64,000 nucleotides of DNA, taken from the IMG/VR virus record IMGVR_UViG_3300020411_003715, positions 64,001 to 128,000 of that record; one strand, given 5' to 3'. Made by a program: the position numbers and the translations under genes. The notes under the pieces were generated by a model, which made no database searches, was not told where the DNA came from, and saw only the letters and a program-made list of their open reading frames with translations. Shown here in pieces: positions 1 through 9,390 of this stretch; position 1 is the first letter of the stretch; the number at the start of each line of letters is the position of its first letter. Source of the DNA: a virus.

Positions 1-116
1 CTGCTGTCATATATACACGATCATCTCCAGAAGGGACGGAGTGTTCCCAGTTTCCTGTTGCGCCAGAGTTACCTCTAGGGACAATCCCTTCCACCATAGC
101 TTTTCTAGCTATTGTT

Positions 117-401
117 TCAGTTGTTCCGTGGTACAGCTTCATTACATACCCCCGATTTAATTAGGTGTGTTGCCATTCGCCCGTAGTGCCCCTGAAGACT
201 CCACGCCATTCCCGTGTTTATAAGGCTTTGGAAGAATGCGATTACCTCTTCGTCAGACATTAAGCCTGCTTCATAATCACCAAACATTGCCGCACTGATT
301 GGGTTTATTTTCTTGTGAGCTATGTCTTCGTCCGCAACGCGGGTAGTATTGTCTTTGATGGGACTACTTTCTACAGAAGACGGATCTTTCTTTTTCGTCA
401 T
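117..401 (-). CDS. Hypothetical phage protein
   Basis: Track ORF 117..476. AAGGAG before ATG 401 favours that start (MTKKKDP). C-terminal FFQSLINTGMAWSLQGHYGRMA resembles a recurrent small phage family. Confidence 0.7.
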   Translation of the reverse strand: MTKKKDPSSVESSPIKDNTTRVADEDIAHKKINPISAAMFGDYEAGLMSDEEVIAFFQSLINTGMAWSLQGHYGRMATHLIKSGVCNEAVPRNN

Positions 402-474
402 TGATTTCTCCTTAAACGGGGCCCCTTGGGAGGTTGCGTGTAGCATCTCCCAAGAGGTCCGCAGGTATGAAGGC

Positions 475-663
475 ATGGCCTATCGGGCCGTTGATACTTT
501 TTATATAGAGAGTGCGACGTCCGGAGACCAAGTACTCGACGGGGAGGAGTGGAAGCTTCTCCTAAGCGAGAATAAAGAAGAGAAGACTAGCTTCTGGCGG
601 GCGGTCACCTCACACTTGTTGATGATGGCGAACGCGCACGCGATGGAGCACTACGAGGCGTAG
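475..663 (+). CDS. Hypothetical protein (62 aa)
   Basis: 3' part of track ORF 322..663 from ATG 475; does not overlap the divergent gene. Confidence 0.4.
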   Translation: MAYRAVDTFYIESATSGDQVLDGEEWKLLLSENKEEKTSFWRAVTSHLLMMANAHAMEHYEA

Positions 664-768
664 GTTAGTCTTCCCTGGTCACGTTGAAATAGACGATGCA
701 GAAACCTGATATTAAGATTAGAAGCACTAGCGCTAAGTCGGCCATATGCAATTAAAGCTTTTGCGTCG

Positions 769-2346
769 CTAAACAGCAACTTCCTTATCAGCGAGAAAAC
801 CGATCATCTCCCTAAGTTCCTCAACCGTGTAGGGCTTCTTCTTGGTTCCTCGACTATGGATGTACTTGTGGCATTCATAGCATACAGGCACTAGATCTTT
901 TATAGGGTCGACCACATGCTCTTCGCCCACTTCGTGGAGCGGGTTTACGTGGTGAACCTGAAGGTACTTTGCTACCAAGTGCCCAAGCTTGTGATGCTTT
1001 TCGGGCTCGTAGTCGCACACCTTACAGATAAAGCCGTGGTGCTCTAAACATGCGGCCCTAGCCTTAGGGTCACGCTCGTACACGTTCAGGACAACCTCTT
1101 TAGCTCGGCCTTCCTTATAGATGAAGTCTTTCAATAGCTTGTGCTTCTTTTCTTGCGAAAGGGTGAACCCGTATTCGCGTGGTCCCGCATCAACCTCTTT
1201 GTCCGGATTGATAAGTACCGGCTCAAGCCAAAGCTCCTCCATGCTTCTGATTTTCTCACCACCGCGCTCATGTCCCGCAGGGTAAGTCGCAACATCCCAA
1301 GCCTCGTATGGAATCCACTGACCCGCGCCTTCATGCCCAACCGGGTACTTCTTTGGCCCAGACCAGAAGTTGTGGTTGTGCCCGCGCCGCCACTGTCGCT
1401 TTGCCTCCCAGGAGAACCCGGGGGAATTTACAACAAGAGCTTCGTCCCGCTCTCCAATGTAGCGGACTGTTGCCCCGGAAACCCGAGAGAGCATTGTTTT
1501 GTAGCGTCTAGCCTTTTTACCATTTGGCTTCTTACAATTACGGAGCTTAGCCTTAAGCCTGTTTCTCTCCTCTATCCCGGACCTATCCTTCCGGATACTC
1601 GGGTCTTTTGTGTTTATGTACATCAAGAGGGAAACGAAGACGCGGTAAACACTCATGAAGGTCTGGACGTTCACGGAGTTCCCATCCTCAGCAGCCTTCT
1701 CTACGCCCGGTGAGGAGTACTCCCTAGACGGGTCAGACAGGATCCTTTTTACGTAATCTTTTACGCACTCGAAGTCTCGAAAACACCGAACCAGATCTAG
1801 GTTCATAAAGAACTTTGAACCAAATTCACCCCCCGCTCCCTCAGCGTGGAGGAAGAAGAGAAGCTGGTCCACCTCATGGTCTGACTTTCTATTATCCCGT
1901 AATACGTAGAATCCCGAGATTGGGTAGTAGCATTCGTCGTACAAGCTCCAAAGCTTCCACCCACATGAGCGCATGTTCACATAGAAGCACGGGTACGGCA
2001 TCCTCCCCAATTCCTCGATTCCTACTTTAGATATATCTGTGGCATCGAGCTTTTCCTGCATAATTTTGGGGATACAGAATACCTGCTGCCCCCACCTATC
2101 GTAGTCAAGCATACAGTGAAGCTCGTTTTTAAAGACCTCATCATACGGGCCGGCAGCGAAGTCCCGGACAAGCCATTCGGCCAGCGTAGCGGACGCTTCC
2201 GGGGCAGGGCAGTCGCTATCACCGGTAGCCGACTTAGACACCCTAAGGCCGTCAGACATCTCTTTTGCCAGGGCAAGCCCTGCTCCGATCTCTGGCTGGG
2301 ACTTCAGTAACCAATCATAATGTGGGACGGGGTACGTAGCATCCAT
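769..2346 (-). CDS. Unknown phage domain fused to a C-terminal McrA-like HNH endonuclease
   Basis: C-terminus EGRAKEVVLNVYERDPKARAACLEHHGFICKVC...LQVHHVNPL...DLVPVCYECHKYIH matches the HNH/McrA pattern. N-terminal ~390 aa include RMPYPCFYV and RRGHNHNFWSGP. Confidence 0.85.
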   Translation of the reverse strand: MDATYPVPHYDWLLKSQPEIGAGLALAKEMSDGLRVSKSATGDSDCPAPEASATLAEWLVRDFAAGPYDEVFKNELHCMLDYDRWGQQVFCIPKIMQEKLDATDISKVGIEELGRMPYPCFYVNMRSCGWKLWSLYDECYYPISGFYVLRDNRKSDHEVDQLLFFLHAEGAGGEFGSKFFMNLDLVRCFRDFECVKDYVKRILSDPSREYSSPGVEKAAEDGNSVNVQTFMSVYRVFVSLLMYINTKDPSIRKDRSGIEERNRLKAKLRNCKKPNGKKARRYKTMLSRVSGATVRYIGERDEALVVNSPGFSWEAKRQWRRGHNHNFWSGPKKYPVGHEGAGQWIPYEAWDVATYPAGHERGGEKIRSMEELWLEPVLINPDKEVDAGPREYGFTLSQEKKHKLLKDFIYKEGRAKEVVLNVYERDPKARAACLEHHGFICKVCDYEPEKHHKLGHLVAKYLQVHHVNPLHEVGEEHVVDPIKDLVPVCYECHKYIHSRGTKKKPYTVEELREMIGFLADKEVAV

Positions 2347-2681
2347 TAGTCGCTAGCCCACCCAAAGAACAGGTACAGAGGTGTGTCTTCAGACGAGCCC
2401 TCTCGCTTCTCGTATCCCCTTGTGGTCTCTGTCAGGTCTATACACCCAGCAGGCCCCCATTTATCAGAGACCCTCGGGTCTCCATTATCAATAAGCTGAC
2501 TAGCGAACTGGTACGGCTCTTTGCCCTCGGGGACAGGGATAATAACAAATTCTGACTTTTCAGCCACTGTTCCGGTGTAACCACCATGCCCATGCTCCCA
2601 CTTGGCATCTCTAACGGCGCTCCAAAAAGCGCTCTCTGGGGTCTTCCCCCAAGATTCTTGATAAAATGTGCTCGCGCCCAT
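2346..2681 (-). CDS. Conserved hypothetical phage protein
   Basis: 111 aa; GGAG RBS; motifs HGHGGYTGTVAEK, DKWGPAGCI, YLFFGWAS. Confidence 0.8.
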   Translation of the reverse strand: MGASTFYQESWGKTPESAFWSAVRDAKWEHGHGGYTGTVAEKSEFVIIPVPEGKEPYQFASQLIDNGDPRVSDKWGPAGCIDLTETTRGYEKREGSSEDTPLYLFFGWASD

Positions 2682-2701
2682 AAGTAACTTCTCCCATTAT
2701 T

Positions 2702-2729
2702 CTTATCTTTCTTCTCCTCTAATTTTTAC
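2702..2729 (-). promoter_or_regulatory. Putative promoter GTAA-N18-GATAAG
   Basis: Variant of the repeated minus-strand motif, just upstream of the RBS of 2346..2681. Confidence 0.5.
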
Positions 2730-2824
2730 TATTAACCAGCTCCAGAGGATGCCGGGGACGGACACCATCCACAGGATCGCCCCGGCAAACTCTTTAGCTG
2801 ATTCTCTATCGTGTATCGGAGTCA

Positions 2825-3151
2825 TTAGGCTGCCCGACGCTTCTTATACAAAGATCTAGCGTTCTTGTTAGAGCAGTCCCGAGAGCAGTACTTTGACCTT
2901 TCGCGTGGGGGGTTATTACACGGCCCCCAAGCGCATGCGGAATCTGCACTCTTAGTGTGCGGAATCTGCACACCCCCGCTGGGTTCGCAAACCACAAGCT
3001 GTCTTGGCCGATCCTCTAAGGGTGGCCGCACAGAGCAGTTTTTGTACCAGCAAGCCTCAAGGGAGGCCGGCAGCTTTGCGGAAGGGCAGTGGATTTCACA
3101 AACCCAGAAGTCAAAACTCAACCATTTTGCGTTTTGTCGCATGTTTTCCAT
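2825..3151 (-). CDS. Zn-finger protein
   Basis: C-terminal CAWGPCNN...KYCSRDCSNKNAR followed by a basic tail; start uncertain (track start 3220). Confidence 0.6.
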   Translation of the reverse strand: MENMRQNAKWLSFDFWVCEIHCPSAKLPASLEACWYKNCSVRPPLEDRPRQLVVCEPSGGVQIPHTKSADSACAWGPCNNPPRERSKYCSRDCSNKNARSLYKKRRAA

Positions 3152-3642
3152 TCCGATAGGGGGACCGTCCCCCGAACTGTGTTTGGACCATTGGGTGAAT
3201 CCCCAGAGAAGTCCTGCCATAGCCGTGCCTCAATTTCGATAAATTGACGAACATCGGCCAGCTCTACCTGCACCGGGTCTCCCCGGTTATTTACGCGAAC
3301 TATATACCCGCCTTCATTGTCAGTGGCTACTTCATAAAAGCTCCCCAAGAACCCGATAACCGCGCATGGGCCGTAGTTGTCGCCAGGGCCGTTACGGGCC
3401 AGGAAGTGCGCACCACGCGCACAAGCCTCAACGAGTTCATCGTATAGCGCGTAGTTGGCTTCGTAGAAAATAACCGACGTGTAGCCTTCGCCCTCACACT
3501 CCTCAACCTCATCACCTTCGTCTCCAATAGCACCAACTAACAGGTCAAGGTGATCAGTGCGAACATTTATATTTAACCAGCACCGATCACCCACCAGAGA
3601 CCACCATACATGGTGAAGCGAAGGGACAGGCGGGGCAGCCAA
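3118..3642 (-). CDS. Hypothetical protein
   Basis: Operon-like spacing; true start probably a GTG near 3594 (MGDRCWLN). Confidence 0.65.
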   Translation of the reverse strand: MAAPPVPSLHHVWWSLVGDRCWLNINVRTDHLDLLVGAIGDEGDEVEECEGEGYTSVIFYEANYALYDELVEACARGAHFLARNGPGDNYGPCAVIGFLGSFYEVATDNEGGYIVRVNNRGDPVQVELADVRQFIEIEARLWQDFSGDSPNGPNTVRGTVPLSEWKTCDKTQNG

Positions 3643-3829
3643 TATAAGTACCCTTGCCCTTTCCCCCTTTAAGGAGCGGCTGATTCATCTCAACCGTTAT
3701 CTCCATAAGCTCGTTACAGCCGCAGTTTGGGCACGGCATGTCAGCAGCCTTCCCTTCTAACATTTTGGCCACAGGGACCCCAACAGGCTCACCCTGCGGG
3801 AGCCCGTAGTTCCTATCAAAATCCTTCAT
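3587..3829 (-). CDS. Zn-ribbon protein
   Basis: CPNCGC...CPACP; AGGAGG before ATG 3829. Confidence 0.7.
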   Translation of the reverse strand: MKDFDRNYGLPQGEPVGVPVAKMLEGKAADMPCPNCGCNELMEITVEMNQPLLKGGKGKGTYIGCPACPFASPCMVVSGG

Positions 3830-3843
3830 AAGCCCTCCTGAAA

Positions 3844-4608
3844 TTAATACCAAGCATGCATACTGTGACCCTCGCTGCCCCAGAATTTACACCAGTTCGC
3901 TGCCTCTTTTACTAACTCAACCTCGGACATCGCGTCGCTAGGCGCTTGGGATGACAAGATTTCCTCTGGCATCGACAGGATACTTTTCTCAAAAGATTCA
4001 GCAGCCTCCAAAAGGCGCTCTCCGTAGTCAAGCAGATCTTCCGGGCTATGGTCCTCCCAGGCCTCACTGACAAGCGCTTCGTCTAACCAGTCTATATAGC
4101 CAAGAACCTTTCCTCTGAAAGATTCTGGACCAACACAAATACCACTAGGGCCAACCATGCCCTCCTTGCGAGTGGCAAGTTCAGAGACATACTTCCCTTG
4201 ACTATCCATGATATAGTCTTCCACGGTGGGGTATTTAGCTCTTAATGCTTCGCCCCCAGGGGAGCTTGCGACTTCTTTGTAGTGTTCCCTGGCCCACTCA
4301 TCGGCCTCTTTAGACATGCCGATTTGAGGAGCGCCTAGGGTATCCATTGGCGTAACAACGCACACGCTTTTAGCTAAGCGCCACTTTCTTGTCCTCTCTA
4401 GAATGTTTATAGCGTTAGGGGTTTTCTCCCAACGATCCACCAAAGGGTTCGGGTAGATTGTTGGGACATCCTCCCCAAGCTCTTTACAAAATGCTATGAA
4501 GTCCTCACTTCGCTCTTCCATAAGTTTATTGAGTTGAGCATCAGCAAACATAAGGTTTACCTCTTGACTCTCAATAGTCTTATCTCTTACGCACCAGTCT
4601 AGACCCAT
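3844..4608 (-). CDS. Hypothetical phage protein
   Basis: 254 aa; AGGAG RBS; promoter motif upstream. Confidence 0.8.
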   Translation of the reverse strand: MGLDWCVRDKTIESQEVNLMFADAQLNKLMEERSEDFIAFCKELGEDVPTIYPNPLVDRWEKTPNAINILERTRKWRLAKSVCVVTPMDTLGAPQIGMSKEADEWAREHYKEVASSPGGEALRAKYPTVEDYIMDSQGKYVSELATRKEGMVGPSGICVGPESFRGKVLGYIDWLDEALVSEAWEDHSPEDLLDYGERLLEAAESFEKSILSMPEEILSSQAPSDAMSEVELVKEAANWCKFWGSEGHSMHAWY

Positions 4609-4664
4609 AAAGATCTCTCCTTTCTTTACCGCAAGTAGCGGCTTGTTATTTACTTAACGTAGTG

Positions 4665-4692
4665 CTTATACTGAAATACAGATAATGTTTGC
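4665..4692 (-). promoter_or_regulatory. Putative promoter GCAA-N18-TATAAG
   Basis: Exact motif in the intergenic region upstream of 4608. Confidence 0.65.
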
Positions 4693-4772
4693 TGTACTAC
4701 AACTAATATTGTATACACACATTGTTCGTGGGACCCACTTTGGCCGAAGAAGCATCTTCAAAAGACGCAAGA

Positions 4773-5339
4773 ATGAAGAAAAACATAAAAAGCGCAATAA
4801 CTTACGGCAGCGGGACTATAAACACCTGGAGCGGTGGGAAGTTCTCTTTCATCGAGCCTGACCCAAATGATATACGGATAGCTGATATCGCTCACGCACT
4901 TTCATTACAATGTAGATTCAATGGTCACGTGAATGAGTTTTACTCCGTGGCAGAACACTCCATATTAGTTAGTGATATCGTTTTAAAAGATACCGGCGAC
5001 GCCTACTTAGCCCTTTCCGGGCTGTTGCATGACGCAGCGGAGACCTATGTAGGTGACGTTGTCAGCCCATTGAAAAGGATGCTACCCAAGTACCTATCTT
5101 ACGAGTCTCTGGTTGAGGGGTGCATTTCCGAGAAGTTCGGGGTGCCTTACCCGCACCCCCCTCAAGTACTCTCTGCGGACAAGCGCGCACTAAGACAGGA
5201 GTTCCTTAAGCTCGCCCCGTTCACCGACAGCGCGGAACCACATAAACCGATGAGCCCATCCGATGCCGAGTCCGCCTTCATGAAGAGGTACGAGGAACTG
5301 GTACAGATGTGTAAAGATGGGACCCCTGGGGATGATTAG
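4773..5339 (+). CDS. HD-domain phosphohydrolase (YfbR/phage nucleotidase-like)
   Basis: DIAHALSLQCRFNGH, YSVAEHS, LLHDAAETYVGD, ADKRAL motifs; track start 4722. Confidence 0.88.
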   Translation: MKKNIKSAITYGSGTINTWSGGKFSFIEPDPNDIRIADIAHALSLQCRFNGHVNEFYSVAEHSILVSDIVLKDTGDAYLALSGLLHDAAETYVGDVVSPLKRMLPKYLSYESLVEGCISEKFGVPYPHPPQVLSADKRALRQEFLKLAPFTDSAEPHKPMSPSDAESAFMKRYEELVQMCKDGTPGDD

Positions 5340-5583
5340 AGCGAGTCACCAGAGGGGGCTATGGGAGCTAGTGGGGCTCGCGGAGGCCAAAACCCGAGAC
5401 CGGGATAATGGTATAGGCCCTTTCGAGCTTACGGGAACCGAGCAGGTTTCAAGACATCTTGATTGCCCAAACTACGACTATTGCCTTAACTTTGCTGCGG
5501 AAAAACGATGGGAGTCTTTTGGTTGCGAGGGCTGCAGAAAGACGGAGCACGGTAGGTTCGAGGAGGTAACGAGACCCTTATGA
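5332..5583 (+). CDS. Cys-cluster hypothetical protein
   Basis: CPNYDYCL...CEGC; overlaps both neighbours as expected in an operon. Confidence 0.6.
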   Translation: MIRASHQRGLWELVGLAEAKTRDRDNGIGPFELTGTEQVSRHLDCPNYDYCLNFAAEKRWESFGCEGCRKTEHGRFEEVTRPL

Positions 5584-6437
5584 GTACAGCGGAAGAATAT
5601 AATGCACGAACCATGGAAAAGTTTGGATGGGGCAGGGAGCACTTAAACTTGCCCCATGACTGCTCCATGCAGGAGGTAACCAAGGCCGTACTCCTGTTCC
5701 AAGCGGATCAGGGGCTTACCCAGGACGGCAAGGTGGGCCCCGCCACTTGGCGAAGACTTGAGGCCAAGCGACAATTTGACATGGCAGAGGGGTCTGGCTC
5801 AGAGGGACACGTCCTTATTGGCGGCGTCCCGGTAGCGGTGAACTTTAAGTCCGAGATGTGTACGCAGGACTCCCCGTATTCTCTCATCGGCCTTGGGGGC
5901 CACTCAACAAGGACATACGATCCCACAATGGTTGTTTGGCACTGGGACGCTGCGCTTAGCGGTGCGTCTTGCTACAAAATCCTGAAGAAGCGGAAGATCT
6001 CTTCTCACGGAGTTATCGACAATGATGGGACGTTTTATCAGTTCCTAGATTTAGCGCATCACGTTGGTTGGCACGCTGGGGACAGGGGTGTCAACAAACG
6101 TTCTATAGGCATAGACTTATCTAATGCCGTTTATACAAAGTACCAATCTTATTACGAGCGGCGGTGGGGCTCTCGGCCTGTGATCAAAGCTAAGGTCCAC
6201 GGAAGGAGCCACACCCTGCTCGGTTATTATGCCGCGCAATTGGAGACCGCTGGAAGGCTGGCCTCTTTTCTCAAAGAGCACTTTGGGATTCCTCTGGAGT
6301 ACCCAGAGGTGACGTCATCGATAGATGACCCTGAAGATTTCAAAGGACACATTGCCCACTATCACATCACAAAGAAGAAGTGGGACGTAGCAGGATTCCC
6401 GTTTAAAGACGTTTTGGAGGGCAAGTACAATGTCTAA
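5580..6437 (+). CDS. Endolysin: PG-binding domain plus N-acetylmuramoyl-L-alanine amidase (Amidase_2 type)
   Basis: FQADQGLTQDGKVGPATW (PG-binding); VVWHWD, SSHGVIDNDG, WHAGDRGVNKRSIGID, GHIAHYHITKKKWD. Confidence 0.9.
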   Translation: MSTAEEYNARTMEKFGWGREHLNLPHDCSMQEVTKAVLLFQADQGLTQDGKVGPATWRRLEAKRQFDMAEGSGSEGHVLIGGVPVAVNFKSEMCTQDSPYSLIGLGGHSTRTYDPTMVVWHWDAALSGASCYKILKKRKISSHGVIDNDGTFYQFLDLAHHVGWHAGDRGVNKRSIGIDLSNAVYTKYQSYYERRWGSRPVIKAKVHGRSHTLLGYYAAQLETAGRLASFLKEHFGIPLEYPEVTSSIDDPEDFKGHIAHYHITKKKWDVAGFPFKDVLEGKYNV

Positions 6438-7158
6438 TACCCAGAGACCCGACATCAGCAAGATCAAACAGAAGATTGCTGGCCGGGATATTGACCATGA
6501 AGAGCCTATCGAAGAGGCCCCAAAGCCCGCGAACACCGGACCCTTGATGCGCCCGGAGACAATTGAACAGGTCAAACAGTTTGCTAAGGACGTTCAGGAA
6601 CTCCGAGAGCAGGAGGCCCAGGAAGAGGTAGTTCGGACAGAGATCGAAGAACTCCCTGAAGAGCTTGAGGGCACCGATGCCACCGGTGACAACATGTTCT
6701 ACAGGTATACTGCCGCCGATAATCCGGATGTCCGAAGGGCTATTGAGGAGAGAGCGTCCGAGATGGATTTTGCCGACCTCATAATCACCGGCCGGGTCTC
6801 TCAGCACATCCCCATCATTAAGGATAAGTTCGAGATTGAACTTCAATCTCTTCTCGCGGCCGAGAACTTTTGGATTGAGCGGCGAGCAGAAAAAGAGGGC
6901 ACTACCGACTGGGCACTTAGGAGTTGGATGGGCTATGCGCGGCTAGCCCTCTCCATCGTAACGATTAATGGCAAGACGATGCCCCCGTGCTCGGACAACA
7001 AGGGCGTTGTCGACGAAGAGCGTTTTGCCGAAAGGTTTAGCCACTTAATGGGTATGGGGGAGAAGCCTGTTGAGTACCTTCTTGTCAACCTGACTTGGTT
7101 TAATGACCGTGTTGACCGCCTAGCCGAACACGATTTCGAGCAGCTAAAAAATGGATAG
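6430..7158 (+). CDS. Tail assembly chaperone-like protein (short form)
   Basis: Acidic N-terminus, helical C-terminal domain ending ...RVDRL...EQLKNG*, with A_AAA_AAT immediately before the stop. Confidence 0.6.
   Translation: MSNTQRPDISKIKQKIAGRDIDHEEPIEEAPKPANTGPLMRPETIEQVKQFAKDVQELREQEAQEEVVRTEIEELPEELEGTDATGDNMFYRYTAADNPDVRRAIEERASEMDFADLIITGRVSQHIPIIKDKFEIELQSLLAAENFWIERRAEKEGTTDWALRSWMGYARLALSIVTINGKTMPPCSDNKGVVDEERFAERFSHLMGMGEKPVEYLLVNLTWFNDRVDRLAEHDFEQLKNG
7146..7152 (+). other. Putative -1 programmed frameshift heptamer A_AAA_AAT
   Basis: X_XXY_YYZ heptamer in phase with 6430..7158, ending one codon before TAG; the -1 frame stays open to 7478. Confidence 0.65.
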
Positions 7159-7478
7159 AGTCTCCTCTAGGCTGGGCACGAGCCAACTTGTTTTACGACA
7201 AGGTGGAAGCTCCACCCGTTCCCGGAAGCCTTCAGGAGGCTCTCTGCATATTGGTTTTTCGTTACAGGCAGGAGCAAGATTTTTACGGAAAGTTGGCGAG
7301 TTTACAGCCAGAAGGATCGGAAGAGCAGCGAGATGCGTTTGCGAAACTCCGGGCCGCCAAGTTCCCGTACGTATTTAAGACAGCCCGTGATGAGAGAGCC
7401 AGAACACAAGAAACGCTCGATAGAGCATTTGCAATGGGACCGATACTTGTTCGGCCCCTAACAGCGGAGGAAAGATGA
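7149..7478 (+). CDS. -1 frame extension of the chaperone (GT-like C-terminus)
   Basis: Reads KWIESPLGWARANLFYDKVEAPP...; the track's TTG start at 7188 has no RBS. Confidence 0.6.
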   Translation, partial: KWIESPLGWARANLFYDKVEAPPVPGSLQEALCILVFRYRQEQDFYGKLASLQPEGSEEQRDAFAKLRAAKFPYVFKTARDERARTQETLDRAFAMGPILVRPLTAEER

Positions 7479-7834
7479 TTGAGGTAAATAAGGGCGTCCT
7501 TGTTATAGGACTTTCGAACACCATACTTTTTGGGGGCGAGTCTACTGTAGAGCTTATTATGCTCAACGTCTCCACGGGACAGGACTTCTCCCTTCCGCTC
7601 ACAGAGGAACAAGCCGAGCTTTTGCTCTCCCAGGTCTCCGTCGAGGAGATGCTTAATACTGAGCCCGAGGAAGAGCCTAGCTATGAGAGCGTATCTGCAA
7701 CTAGCGCAAACAGCGTACGGGTGGGAACAGACTCTGATAAAATGCGTGCCGAGCTTAATAACATTATTGGGGTACAGGACCCGGGAGCGGTAGTGGATGC
7801 TTGGCAAGCTTCTGAAGAAACACCGCAACTTTAA
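7475..7834 (+). CDS. Hypothetical protein
   Basis: ATGA overlap with the upstream stop; acidic 119 aa. Confidence 0.75.
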   Translation: MIEVNKGVLVIGLSNTILFGGESTVELIMLNVSTGQDFSLPLTEEQAELLLSQVSVEEMLNTEPEEEPSYESVSATSANSVRVGTDSDKMRAELNNIIGVQDPGAVVDAWQASEETPQL

Positions 7835-8222
7835 CGAGTATTGGACGTGCGCAACATGCGGAAGACCAAGAAGAAAGAAAACCCCAAAAAGGAAGCCGTG
7901 CCACCAGTGTTATTCAACTTTGCCCCCGAGGATAAAAATTACCCACAAACGGGGAAAGGGGGATCGAGCACACCAGGACTCTGCCGTGGCAAAGCAGCTT
8001 ATGCGCACAGCGGTCTTCGCCAGAAAGGGGTTGGGTTATGGCGTAAACACTTTCCCTCAAGGAAGCCCGTCGAGACGACTGCTGGACGCCTCAAGGGTAT
8101 TCGAAACAAACAGTCGCAGGAAGAAGTGGTTTTGTCAGGCATTCATCTCCGGAGAAAGGTATGCCGGACATCTAGACCACGATATCTGTTTTTATAGAAT
8201 TGTACCGGAGGTAAGGAGACAC

Positions 8223-8387
8223 ATGTCATCTAAAAAAATGATGCAGATTCGCATTTCATCTGACCTGCACAAGTGGCTGAAGCTGCACGCGGCGCAGAAC
8301 GAAACAACTATGACCACTATAATTATTAACTACCTTGAGCGTATGCGGCAGAAGTCCCAGAAAAAGGTTAAGGTGGATCAGATATGA
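8223..8387 (+). CDS. Ribbon-helix-helix DNA-binding protein
   Basis: AAGGAG RBS; MMQIRISSDLHKWLKLHAAQNETTMTTIIINYL has the RHH pattern. In frame with the longer ORF 7797..8387, which carries CxxC...CxxC and may be the true gene. Confidence 0.75.
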   Translation: MSSKKMMQIRISSDLHKWLKLHAAQNETTMTTIIINYLERMRQKSQKKVKVDQI

Positions 8388-8929
8388 CCGAGAGAGCCGA
8401 GGCCCCAGACACACTATCGCTTTCCGTTGAGGAGCTGGATTGTCCGTCTACGGTTGAGGGGATCCTATCTGTGCTAAGGCGCGTCTTAAGCAAGCCGTAC
8501 GTCCAGTCCGTTTCCTTGAGAGCCGAGCGCCCGATAGAGGTCGCTTGGTATAAGGACATATCAGACTCGCTATCAATAGGTGACCCAGAAGAGAGCCCTG
8601 ACTCAGTCCTTGCCCGGATAGACCTTGAGGAGTTTTCTTCCGCAAAGCCGGCAAGAGAGGCCCTAATGGAGGGCATCATGACCTTGAACCAGAAAGGGTT
8701 GCAGGCGACACATCTGTTCGTGGGCTCGGCCAGCTTTTTTAAGGGCTGGATAGAGCTACCGTCCGTTCTTAGCCTCCCACCCTTTGAGGGCACCGAGTAC
8801 AAGAACTTTATTGGGCTGCGTGTCCTTGAGACCGACTTTCTTGAGGAAGATGTGGTCGTTTTGCTTGGCGCAGGCTCTAGCGCATCAACAAGAACGGAGC
8901 TTACGAAAGCTCTTAAGATAGTCACCTGA
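8384..8929 (+). CDS. Hypothetical protein
   Basis: 181 aa; ATGA overlap. Confidence 0.8.
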   Translation: MTERAEAPDTLSLSVEELDCPSTVEGILSVLRRVLSKPYVQSVSLRAERPIEVAWYKDISDSLSIGDPEESPDSVLARIDLEEFSSAKPAREALMEGIMTLNQKGLQATHLFVGSASFFKGWIELPSVLSLPPFEGTEYKNFIGLRVLETDFLEEDVVVLLGAGSSASTRTELTKALKIVT

Positions 8930-8942
8930 AACGGAGGGCCTC

Positions 8943-9383
8943 ATGGCATCTAAAAAGAAAACAATGGAAAAATTACAGCTAGAAGTCAAAGATACGCTTG
9001 AGTCTCTCGGCTGCATGGAGGTTGTCTCAGCGTCAAGCCGTGGCGGGGACGCTAGGTTTTTGTGCCGAGTGTCGGACGAGGCCCGGTGGTTAAGGATTCT
9101 GTTCGAGTACCTTGGCGGGGAAGGCGACTGGTACTCCTTTATTGGAAAAAAGTACTTCATTCATGAGGGAAGGCTCGTATTTGGATGGGTGCTCATCTTT
9201 GAGTCTTCTGAGCTTGATAAGGCCATACAATCTGTAAGGTCTCTTTTTATAGAAAGCCTTGACGTTGTAGACGAGGCCGATGCAAAGACCGCTGAGGATG
9301 AGCCTGGGATGATTGAGGTGAAGCTCCCATCAAGCGCTGGTTTTTCTAAGAAGCTTCAGGCAAGAGTCCAAAACTTGAGGTAG
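8943..9383 (+). CDS. Hypothetical protein
   Basis: 146 aa; GGAGG RBS. Confidence 0.8.
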   Translation: MASKKKTMEKLQLEVKDTLESLGCMEVVSASSRGGDARFLCRVSDEARWLRILFEYLGGEGDWYSFIGKKYFIHEGRLVFGWVLIFESSELDKAIQSVRSLFIESLDVVDEADAKTAEDEPGMIEVKLPSSAGFSKKLQARVQNLR

Positions 9384-9390
9384 TCCGTAG

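Noticed and set aside
1141-1713. 190-aa plus-strand ORF
   Set aside because: Antisense shadow of the HNH-fusion gene; no recognisable motif.
2936-2971. 14-nt direct repeat TGCGGAATCTGCAC (2936 and 2958), superficially T-loop-like
   Set aside because: Only two copies, inside a coding region, with no cloverleaf; probably a local duplication or chance.
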